Shown one piece after another: positions 15,892 through 23,728 of a DNA stretch of 32,000 nucleotides; the stretch's first letter is position 1; every line of letters starts with the position of its first letter. Both the position numbers and the translations under genes were made by a program. The notes under the pieces were generated by a model. It ran no database searches. It was not told the origin of the DNA and saw nothing but the letters and a program-made list of their open reading frames with translations. The DNA is from Flagellimonas sp. 389 (lineage in GTDB: Bacteria; Bacteroidota; Bacteroidia; Flavobacteriales; Flavobacteriaceae): contig NZ_JAHCMU010000001.1 in assembly GCF_018449435.1 (NCBI RefSeq), positions 247,299 through 279,298 on the forward strand, given 5' to 3'.

Positions 15892-17499
15892 TTAATTTCG
15901 CACAAAACCTAAGGGTGTTTTTTCATCAAAGTCTCCATAAACCACTGGATTCTGACTATTATTAGTGTAAATTTTAACTTTTTCCGTGACGTATTTCACG
16001 ACTTCATCAATTGTTAAAATCTTATCAGAGTTATAATCCGCTGAACCGGACAACGCTTCTATTAGATAGTAGGAAAAAATACCCCTTCTTATTCCCTTTA
16101 TCTCCGTCGAAATCTCATCTGCTTTTGATGATAAAAACAACAAACTCCCACCCTTAGAATCTTTGAAGGCTTGATAATATGAGCCAATACCATCTATATT
16201 ACTTTTTGATTGGTTTATTATACTACCAGAATGGCATGCGTCGGCGATACAAATTTTAGTCTTGGCAAGACTTTTTTCAAAGATTTTCTTTATCTCATTA
16301 TGAGAGACTAAATATCCGTTTGAGGAATCTTTGTCATATCCAACAAAACTTCCTTTAGCCCCATGTCCAGAAAAATAAAACAAAATCAAATCATTAGAAT
16401 CGGCCTTTTCAGCAATGTAATTAAGACTTTTTAAGATCTTACTTTTGGTTGCATCTTCATCAATCAGTCTAAATATTCTGTCCTTGTGAACCGCACCCCC
16501 TTCTGGACTTCTTAAAAATGAATATAAATCTTGGGCATCATCATCAGCATAATTCAAACTCCTTTGATTTTCATATTTGGCAACTCCTATTACCACAGCA
16601 TACGTATTTATATTTTCATCAGTTGAAAAATTTGACTGTGATTGATCTAGTGACATCATTCCATCAATTTCTTGACTTTCCAATTCTTGGTCAATATCAA
16701 CACTTACAGTTAGAAAGCTTTCCCCACCATATACCACTTTTGAAATCAACTTGTTATGATCATGGGAATAGCTGAAAATATCATAAGGTGAGCTAAACAT
16801 TTCAAGTTTATACTTGGATGTTTTTACACTTCTGGGAAAACCACTTGCTATCCATGTTCCATTCTCATAAAATAAAGACTTAAGCCGTTTAATACCTCCC
16901 ACATTCTTTATTGCTTGATCAATATTAACATCCAAAGAATAAGAAAAATAAGATGCTGGGAATTCATTGGACATGACCACATACCAATATCCATCAATAA
17001 AGCAAACTGAATTAATACTCATATTTTTTAAATTGGAATCTATATTTGCTCTAGGAAATATTCTTGCGCTAAACAGCTCTTGATCATAGTCTGCTCCTTT
17101 TCTTTCAAAAAGAATTCTTATTGTTTGATAATCCCTGTCGTACTCCAAATCAATTACAAAAAAACCAAGCTGTTTATTATAATTAATTGTTCTATTTAAA
17201 GCCTCGCTTTTAACCGACATCAATTTCTGTTCCCCTCTGTTGTTGTGGATATCATTATAATGCCCAACAACCCATCCTTCAGGGCCTTGCTCTATATCCC
17301 ATACAAAATATCCAGCATCACGGACATCATTCATCAACAAATCTAAATCATATCCTATTCTATAATTAGATCTGCACAAATAAGGATCGTTGCAAAACAA
17401 GCCAATCCATGGTTTGGACTGTCCATATAAGGAGGAGAAATTGGTATACAAGAACAGAAATAAGCTAAAAAAACAAATAAGTTGATTCTTTAAATACAT
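15892..17499 (-). CDS. secreted caspase-family (peptidase C14) protein with an unknown N-terminal domain
   Basis: An N-terminal signal-peptide-like segment is present (LICFFSLFLFLYTNFSSLYG/Q). The C-terminal half has the caspase His/Cys dyad context: LILFYFSGHGAKG and KICIADACHSGS, preceded by YAVVIGVAKYENQRSLNYADDDAQDL. Confidence 0.88.
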   Translation of the reverse strand: MYLKNQLICFFSLFLFLYTNFSSLYGQSKPWIGLFCNDPYLCRSNYRIGYDLDLLMNDVRDAGYFVWDIEQGPEGWVVGHYNDIHNNRGEQKLMSVKSEALNRTINYNKQLGFFVIDLEYDRDYQTIRILFERKGADYDQELFSARIFPRANIDSNLKNMSINSVCFIDGYWYVVMSNEFPASYFSYSLDVNIDQAIKNVGGIKRLKSLFYENGTWIASGFPRSVKTSKYKLEMFSSPYDIFSYSHDHNKLISKVVYGGESFLTVSVDIDQELESQEIDGMMSLDQSQSNFSTDENINTYAVVIGVAKYENQRSLNYADDDAQDLYSFLRSPEGGAVHKDRIFRLIDEDATKSKILKSLNYIAEKADSNDLILFYFSGHGAKGSFVGYDKDSSNGYLVSHNEIKKIFEKSLAKTKICIADACHSGSIINQSKSNIDGIGSYYQAFKDSKGGSLLFLSSKADEISTEIKGIRRGIFSYYLIEALSGSADYNSDKILTIDEVVKYVTEKVKIYTNNSQNPVVYGDFDEKTPLGFVRN

Positions 17500-17773
17500 A
17501 TAGTGCTGGTTTAGTGTTCATTATAAAATTACAATATTATCATAACAAATGGTTTGTTAAATCTGACCACAATATTTTAATTTGTTGACAGTGGAAAACA
17601 ATACAACTTATGTCAATAGGCTAAGAAATATTGTCCTCGGTTATTAATTTTCATTTTTATAAGTTTAAAAAGCGAGCGAAACCATGTTTCGCGCTGCAAG
17701 CGTCCCAAAACCTTACCCTTAATCTAATACTACTGAGCGAGGCAACTTCATCTATTTATCGGCTATATTCTTC

Positions 17774-18343
17774 TCATCGTGTATGAGAATCCAAAGGTCT
17801 GTTGGTTTCATGTCTATATCTTTCCAACCGCCCTTCCGTTATCTCAAGCTTCAGGTAGCCTTTCCCAAAACTGCTCTTGACCACCTTGACATTTTCAAGG
17901 ATGCTCTTTAAATCTGCTTGAAGTGAGGCCGCCTTTTCCTCCAAACGGTCATACTTGATTCTGGGAATCATCGTTTCACCATCAAACACAGGTACTCGCT
18001 TTGGGGGATTCTTCTCGGTCATGTCCTCAATAAAATCAAATTCATCCTCTTCATTATCCAGTTCCTGATTGAACAAAGCCTGCATCATGCCAATGGTGGG
18101 AAGTGTCTGGTTCTTTTCAATGTCCCTGATAATCGCAATAACTGCATCTGTCCGTTTTCTATTCTTGCGAATCTCCTGACCGATACTTTTTTCAAACCTT
18201 TCTGAAGGTAGGAACCCATGCCACTCAAAAAAATCCATGACCATATCCAAGGTATGGGAATAACTCTTACCCATTTTTCTTGAAAAGCTCTTAAATCTGG
18301 ATAGGGTCTTTTTCTTTAACCTAACTGCTCTAAAATCATCCAT
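17774..18343 (-). CDS. BfmA/BtgA-like mobilisation protein (MobA-type DNA-binding accessory protein)
   Basis: MDDFRAVRLKKKTLSRFKSFSRKMGKSYSHTLDMVMDFFEWHGF...RTDAVIAIIRDIEKNQTLPT matches my recollection of Bacteroidota BfmA/BtgA proteins. ATG 18343 is preferred because the 33-residue N-terminal extension in the ORF track looks non-native. No relaxase gene follows. Confidence 0.65.
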   Translation of the reverse strand: MDDFRAVRLKKKTLSRFKSFSRKMGKSYSHTLDMVMDFFEWHGFLPSERFEKSIGQEIRKNRKRTDAVIAIIRDIEKNQTLPTIGMMQALFNQELDNEEDEFDFIEDMTEKNPPKRVPVFDGETMIPRIKYDRLEEKAASLQADLKSILENVKVVKSSFGKGYLKLEITEGRLERYRHETNRPLDSHTR

Positions 18344-19233
18344 AATACTTGTTTTAAGGTCACAATTGTTACAATTCTGTTCAGTGTTTACAGGTATTAA
18401 TAGCTTTATTGCAACAATCCACATTAAACTTCCTAAAATCAACCATTTCCAAAAACCCTAACAAACAGGGCTTTTCCGAAGGAAAATGCATCAGCAGCGT
18501 CGCTTTAGCGCGCTACCCTCTTGCTCTTCATTGTCCCGCAAGCGGGACAGAACAAAGACAACCTGATTTGAAAATCAGTTGCCCTCACTATTATTATTAA
18601 TCTGGTTTGTACGGACTTTGGGAAAGTCAAATCAAAAATGAAAGACCGCACTATGAATATTATTCTACAACAAATTAAAGATACAATTTTTGGTACAAGA
18701 AAGGGTTGCACTGTTCTCGAAGGAAAATGAATTTGCAATTCGAGTGAATCTAAGTAACTGCCCCTGTAAATTCTTAATGTTCTCAGTGTCTATGATATTG
18801 CACTGTCCCAGTGACTTTCTAAGAATTCCCCTTTAAAAAAATATATTCAACTGTCTATTAGACTTTAATAGAAAGAACACCGCCTTGGTGTATTGTCGTC
18901 TTGCTCAACCATTTTTCCAAAAAAATGAAAAACCGCTAAGACCTGTGTCCTTTGACCACAGTATTTAAGGTAAATAATTCATTTTTGAAATTTATAAGAG
19001 CTGCTAAATTCTAGGACATTGGGCTGTCCCATCAAATTTTGCTGAAATCCCCTAATCTTTTTTTTGTACAGCTTCTCAATTGTCCCATCGTAATCGGACA
19101 ATTAGAAAATAATCAAAAAGATTTTATTAATTCGACTTTCGGCGTTTATAAGCATTCTTCTCCTTTACCAACACCCTTTCTAAGGTTAATCGTAAATCCC
19201 TGAATTTATGAAGTTTTAAATAGAGGATTTTTA

Positions 19234-19691
19234 ATGTTCAATAAAATTGCCCATATCTCTTTGGTTGTAAAAGATTATGATAAAGCTATCGATTCTTACG
19301 CTCAAAAGCTGGATTTCGTTCATATTAAGGATACTAGAATTGATGAATCCAAAAGATGGGTGATTATTGCACCAACAGGAGCAAAAGAATGCTGCTTGCT
19401 TCTCGCTAAAGTTACCAACGAGAAACAATTTGCCAGTATTGGAAACCAAACAGGAAGTCGGTCGGGTTGGATTTTTCCTTTTCACCGATGATTTCATTAG
19501 AGACTACAACAAACTTGTGAATCGTGGGGTAACACTTGTAAGATCACCTAAAAAAGGAACCCTACGGGGTTGTGGGCGTGTTTCAAAATCTTTATAGTAA
19601 TTTGTGGAACCTATTGGAGCCTAATGAGAAAAATAAGGGGCTATCATATAATAGAAATATAAGTTCAAATGAGCGATGGGAACTAAACTGA
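19234..19691 (+). pseudogene. VOC (glyoxalase/bleomycin-resistance/dioxygenase) family gene disrupted by two frameshifts
   Basis: Frame a reads MFNKIAHISLVVKDYDKAIDSY...IGNQTG. Frame b reads GRVGFFLFTDDFIRDYNKLVNRGVTLVRSPKK. Frame c reads YGVVGVFQNLYSNLWNLLEP. Together they rebuild one VOC protein. The shifts lie near 19455-19465 and in the A-run near 19548-19556. The 3' end is uncertain. Confidence 0.75.
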
Positions 19692-19792
19692 ATGAAATAT
19701 AATAAAACTTGGGTATAGCCATCTCGAATGGAAGTACATGCCAAATCAAATTCAGCATATAAATCCCGTTGTGCACAATTTGTAGAAACTTT

Positions 19793-20593
19793 ATGCCAAC
19801 AAAAGAATTTAGGAAATCCTTCAGGGAAACAATCGATTCGCTTCACGTGTCAATATGTGAATTGACTTTGATTGAAGACACTAATTTCTATCAATTGCTT
19901 AGAGCATATTATACATTTATCCATAATCGAACCCAAACTCTATTTTTACTTGTTCAAAACGATTGTCTATGGGATGCAGATATTATTCTTAGACCTATTG
20001 CAGAATGTACTGTGAAATTTGCTTTTATTTCATCATTTGACAATCCAGAACGAAATGAAAAAGTAAGAGAATTTTGGGAAGATTTAGCTGAAATAAATAG
20101 ACTGAAACAATCCAAACAAGCTAAGCAAATAATTGAATTGACTAACATTGATTCTAAATTTTTGTCGGACATTATCTTGGAAGAAAACGAACATCGCATT
20201 TTATCTGAAAAATGGACAAAATCCAATAGACAAAGAACTGAACAACTTTGGTCTTACAACGAAATGATTAAAACTATTTCAACGAATTACGATTTTAAAG
20301 AAATACTTGGTTTAGCTAGAAATTTCACTCAATCAAGCCATCTAATTCACGCTGATGAGACAGCTTTAGGAGTGATAAATGATAGAGAACAAAGAACGGA
20401 AGAACAACGAGAAGCATTGATGAATTTTCACGAGATTAGACTGCTAAGTGATTGTGTCCAATTATATCTTTGGTTAGTAAAAGTTTGTTCTAAATTGTCT
20501 GATAAAGAATTGGACTCTGAGCTAATTAAAAAAGTAGAGGAGTTTGAAAATGGAAAAGAAATATTTAAACCTCTGAATAAAATAATTGAATAA
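19793..20593 (+). CDS. hypothetical helical protein (possibly DUF5677-like)
   Basis: An uninterrupted ORF from ATG 19793. The pattern WDADIILRPIAECTVKFAFISS...VREFWEDL...SSHLIH recalls DUF5677-type all-helical proteins, but this rests on memory only. Confidence 0.6.
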   Translation: MPTKEFRKSFRETIDSLHVSICELTLIEDTNFYQLLRAYYTFIHNRTQTLFLLVQNDCLWDADIILRPIAECTVKFAFISSFDNPERNEKVREFWEDLAEINRLKQSKQAKQIIELTNIDSKFLSDIILEENEHRILSEKWTKSNRQRTEQLWSYNEMIKTISTNYDFKEILGLARNFTQSSHLIHADETALGVINDREQRTEEQREALMNFHEIRLLSDCVQLYLWLVKVCSKLSDKELDSELIKKVEEFENGKEIFKPLNKIIE

Positions 20594-20749
20594 AAACTGA
20601 GTATAGCATATATTATAATTGATTGCACGTTCACACCTACTTAAGAAAATCCGTGCTGATTTTCAGTTTGTTGCGTACTTGCAAAGTTAATCACATAAAG
20701 ACTCACAGCCGAAACCGTTAACGGTAATTTATAACTCACAATACAAACA

Positions 20750-21445
20750 TTGAGCAGAAGTTTTGGAATAGTTGAAAATAAAGTGAATGAAACGGCTTTT
20801 TTCTTGGAGAAGATTAGAGAAGAAGAAAGTACGTATCGCTTGGACGTTCCTCAATTTTATTTAAGTGCCTTCCTATCAGCGTGCAGAAGTATAACTTTTG
20901 CGCTTCAATCTTCATTATCCGATTTGGACGGATTTATCGAATGGTATGAACTAAAGCAGAAAGAACTTAAAAGCAATAAACTCGCAAAGTTTTTTCTCAT
21001 TTCTAGAAACGAATCTCAAAAGATTGGTTTTCTTCAAATTGGAAGTGGTTCGTCATTTATAGACCTAGAAGGAAATCGTAAAATGAAGTTATACTTTCAA
21101 AGACTTGCACCAACTCAAAATGATTATATTCCAGAAGCCGACGTTGTCACTGTATGTGAAACACATTTCAAGACAATTCTAAATTTGGTGCTGGAAGTTT
21201 TTATAAAATTTGGAAATCACATTGACTCTCAACAATTCTTCACAATTGAGAATATGAAAAAATTGAATTTAACGATTGAGGATTTAGAGGAACAGGCTGG
21301 GTATCCTCGCGGTTGGCTGAATATTGGATATGGAACCTTAGAAGAAAAAGTAAATTTGCTAAGAAAATCGCAATCGCCTCCCTATATTGACAGGATTTTC
21401 ATACGGTATTTGGGTAAGAACAGATTTGGAGAAAAAATAGACTAA
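20750..21445 (+). CDS. hypothetical protein (231 aa)
   Basis: This is an uninterrupted ORF with protein-like composition. The only available start is the TTG at 20750 or a downstream GTG, because there is no early ATG. No family was recognised. Confidence 0.55.
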   Translation: MSRSFGIVENKVNETAFFLEKIREEESTYRLDVPQFYLSAFLSACRSITFALQSSLSDLDGFIEWYELKQKELKSNKLAKFFLISRNESQKIGFLQIGSGSSFIDLEGNRKMKLYFQRLAPTQNDYIPEADVVTVCETHFKTILNLVLEVFIKFGNHIDSQQFFTIENMKKLNLTIEDLEEQAGYPRGWLNIGYGTLEEKVNLLRKSQSPPYIDRIFIRYLGKNRFGEKID

Positions 21446-21984
21446 ATAAAACTATCGCTAACATCGTGTCCTACGAAAAGTATTAGGGAGTAGTCCCAAA
21501 GATAGCAAATATGTTCTTTTTCCCTTATATATAACTTACTCCGCATCCTATGTGTAATACTCCTGAATTTGGGTTCACCGGCATCTGTGTGATCGTAAGC
21601 CATAAAACCCTGCACTTGTTATAAATATGTGACCCGCTCCAAGTTGTTCTGTTATTCGGGTCTTGTATTCCTCTGTGGTTCCTTTTCTTTATTGTACCAC
21701 AACTATCTCTTAGGGAGTGTGCGTTTTTATCACTGCCAAAATCCTGCTGAAGCCTTCAAAACAAGCGGAATTACTAAAGCAGCGATAAACTGAAAATTAA
21801 CCCGTACTGACGGGTATGTTAGATAGTTAAAATTCAAATTAGCAATCAAAAAAGTCTACTACAAAAAAATAAGGTGCAAATACTTATTTATAACATTAAA
21901 CAATCCTATTAGTCAATATTAAAGTTATATATCGAAATTTGATTAAAAATCAACATTTTTTATGTTAAAAAAGTTAAATTTTGT

Positions 21985-22006
21985 TAAAAGGTGAGCAATT
22001 CGGTGC
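21985..22006 (+). repeat. 22-bp repeat TAAAAGGTGAGCAATTCGGTGC, right copy (candidate integrase arm-type site)
   Basis: This is an exact copy of 4399-4420 in the same orientation. It lies 54 bp inside the right att core. Confidence 0.5.
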
Positions 22007-22060
22007 CTCTTGATTTTGACCCTTTCGGAAACCCTAAAGAATGGGCAAAAAACACGAAAA

Positions 22061-22084
22061 GTTCGAGTCCCGTCCAGACCGCTT
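22061..22084. repeat. attR of island 1 / attL of island 2: displaced 3' fragment of tRNA-Asp
   Basis: Identical to 4280-4303. It is followed by its own terminator-like hairpin and a second integrase gene. Confidence 0.85.
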
Positions 22085-22105
22085 AAAGGGTTAACAAAAC
22101 CCCTC

Positions 22106-22147
22106 AAAACCTTGTAAATCCTATGATTTACAAGGTTTTCTTTTTTT
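22106..22147 (+). terminator. terminator-like hairpin following the displaced tRNA 3' fragment
   Basis: AAAACCTTGTAAATC-CTAT-GATTTACAAGGTTTT followed by a T-run. It is positionally and structurally equivalent to the hairpin at 4325-4359. Confidence 0.6.
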
Positions 22148-22311
22148 AGAGCAATCATATAATTTGATATCATTTGCATCTAAAAGGTCACAAATCGTCA
22201 ACATATCTTCTTTATCAAAATTATGTTGACAGAATAACGTAACTTACTCATAGTTAATATAGTTGATTTGACTTTCGTCCAGTAATGTTTAACCATTAAA
22301 AGACGACAACT

Positions 22312-23556
22312 ATGCGAACTTCATCAACATTTTCAGTACTGTTTTGGGTGTACGGTAAACGTGCTGTAAACAACAAGGCAAACATCTACGTTCGACTTAC
22401 CCAAAATGGTAAGCGCGTGAACATCAGCCTTAAAAAGAAAATTGAAATTACCACTTGGGATGAGAAAACCCAAAGGGCTAATGGAACCGGTAAAGATTCA
22501 CGTATTCTCAATCTTTATTTGAACGAGGTGCAATCAAAGATTTATCGAATATACGAGGACTTCAAAAAGGCAGAAAAACCATTTACTTCCCAAATGGTCA
22601 AGGCTAGATTTTTGGGCGAAGACAAAAAGCGCTTTTCTTTTCAAAACCTTATTGATTATTACAATGAAAAAATGCAGCATAAACTGCATAAAAATACGAT
22701 GGGTCAATATAAAACTAGCCAAAGATATATGCTAGAGTATATCTTAAAAGAGTATGAGGAAACTGATATTTTTATTTCTGAACTAGATTATAGTTTTGTT
22801 ATTGGCTTTGAGGATTTTCTGCGCTCTTATGTTCCCAAACCAGGACAAAGTAAAATCGGCAACAATACAGCTATGAAACATATAAAACGTCTTCGTAGAA
22901 TGGTAACCCTTGCCTATCGAATGGAATGGTTGGATAGAGACCCTTTTATTAATTTTAAAATGAAGATTGAAAAGAAAGAGCGTGAGTTTTTGACTAGTGA
23001 AGAGTTGCAGAGTATCGAAGACTTGAACTCTTCGATTGAGCGTCTTCTGGTTGTCAAAGATTTGTTCGTTTTTAGCTGTTATACCGGTATCTCATATAGT
23101 GATATTATAGAGTTGACTAGCGACAATATTGTAATTGGTATAGATGGTAATCCGTGGATAATGGCAGATAGGATTAAAACAGGCACACCATTTAAAATTC
23201 CATTATTAAATCAAGCACAAGTCTTAGTCGATAAGTACAAAGACCACCTTAGAACCCATAATAGTAGTAACCTTCTTCCGAAACTTTCAAACCAAAAACT
23301 AAATAGCTATTTAAAGGAAATAGCTGACCTGTGTGGCATCAAAAAGAACCTAACCTTCCATATGGCAAGACATACGTTTGCAACAACTGTTACTTTAAGT
23401 AATGGTGTTCCTATCGAAACTGTTTCAAAATTGTTAGGTCATACCAAATTATCCACTACTCAAATTTATGCAAGAGTTGTAGAAAAAAAGGTTAGTGATG
23501 ATATGGCGCTTTTAAGGGATAAAATGGGTCAGCGAAAAATGGAAAGAGCTGTTTGA
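22312..23556 (+). CDS. tyrosine-type site-specific integrase (Bacteroidota family), island 2
   Basis: The catalytic block is HMARHTFATTVTLSNGVPIETVSKLLGHTKLSTTQIYARV. The N-terminus MRTSSTFSVLFWVYGKR is typical of the family. The C-terminal block is clearly homologous to the island 1 integrase. Confidence 0.93.
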   Translation: MRTSSTFSVLFWVYGKRAVNNKANIYVRLTQNGKRVNISLKKKIEITTWDEKTQRANGTGKDSRILNLYLNEVQSKIYRIYEDFKKAEKPFTSQMVKARFLGEDKKRFSFQNLIDYYNEKMQHKLHKNTMGQYKTSQRYMLEYILKEYEETDIFISELDYSFVIGFEDFLRSYVPKPGQSKIGNNTAMKHIKRLRRMVTLAYRMEWLDRDPFINFKMKIEKKEREFLTSEELQSIEDLNSSIERLLVVKDLFVFSCYTGISYSDIIELTSDNIVIGIDGNPWIMADRIKTGTPFKIPLLNQAQVLVDKYKDHLRTHNSSNLLPKLSNQKLNSYLKEIADLCGIKKNLTFHMARHTFATTVTLSNGVPIETVSKLLGHTKLSTTQIYARVVEKKVSDDMALLRDKMGQRKMERAV

Positions 23557-23728
23557 AGAAATTTAACAATATCGTCATTGTAAACGTGCCTTATTTAGAT
23601 AAAGAATTGTTTTCTAAATACCATTAATACTTGTCCTAGAATTATGCATTTGATTTAATAGATATTGTAACATTAATTTTAACTATTTTGAACACAATTA
23701 AATTGTGTAGAAAAATGAGATTATAATT

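Larger units (their letters stand above)
4280..22084. mobile_element. integrated genomic island 1 at tRNA-Asp (17,757 bp between the repeat copies), probably no longer self-mobilisable
   Basis: The element is bounded by the 24-bp direct repeats with an integrase next to the tRNA. The cargo is a mosaic of accessory genes with visibly heterogeneous base composition. It also contains an orphan mobA and a pseudogene. Confidence 0.78.

Noticed and set aside
18476-18729. 12-bp direct repeat CGAAGGAAAATG at 18476-18487 and 18718-18729
   Set aside because: In an AT-rich 32-kb window, many 12-mer pairs are expected by chance. There is no associated structure or flanking similarity.
18409-18738. Short ORFs 18409-18600 (+) and 18505-18738 (-) upstream of mobA
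   Set aside because: They overlap each other on opposite strands and have unnatural composition with no motifs. The region is better treated as non-coding and a possible oriT relic.
5827-19087. Heptamer TGTCCCA recurring in non-coding parts of island 1 (5827-5833 reverse, 5993-5999, 18804-18810, 19025-19031, 19081-19087)
   Set aside because: A 7-mer is expected about four times on both strands of 32 kb by chance. Five occurrences are not significant without a proper enrichment test.
21943-22179. 78-aa minus-strand ORF
   Set aside because: It spans the arm repeat, the att core (the tRNA fragment) and the terminator hairpin, so it is an artefact of these elements.
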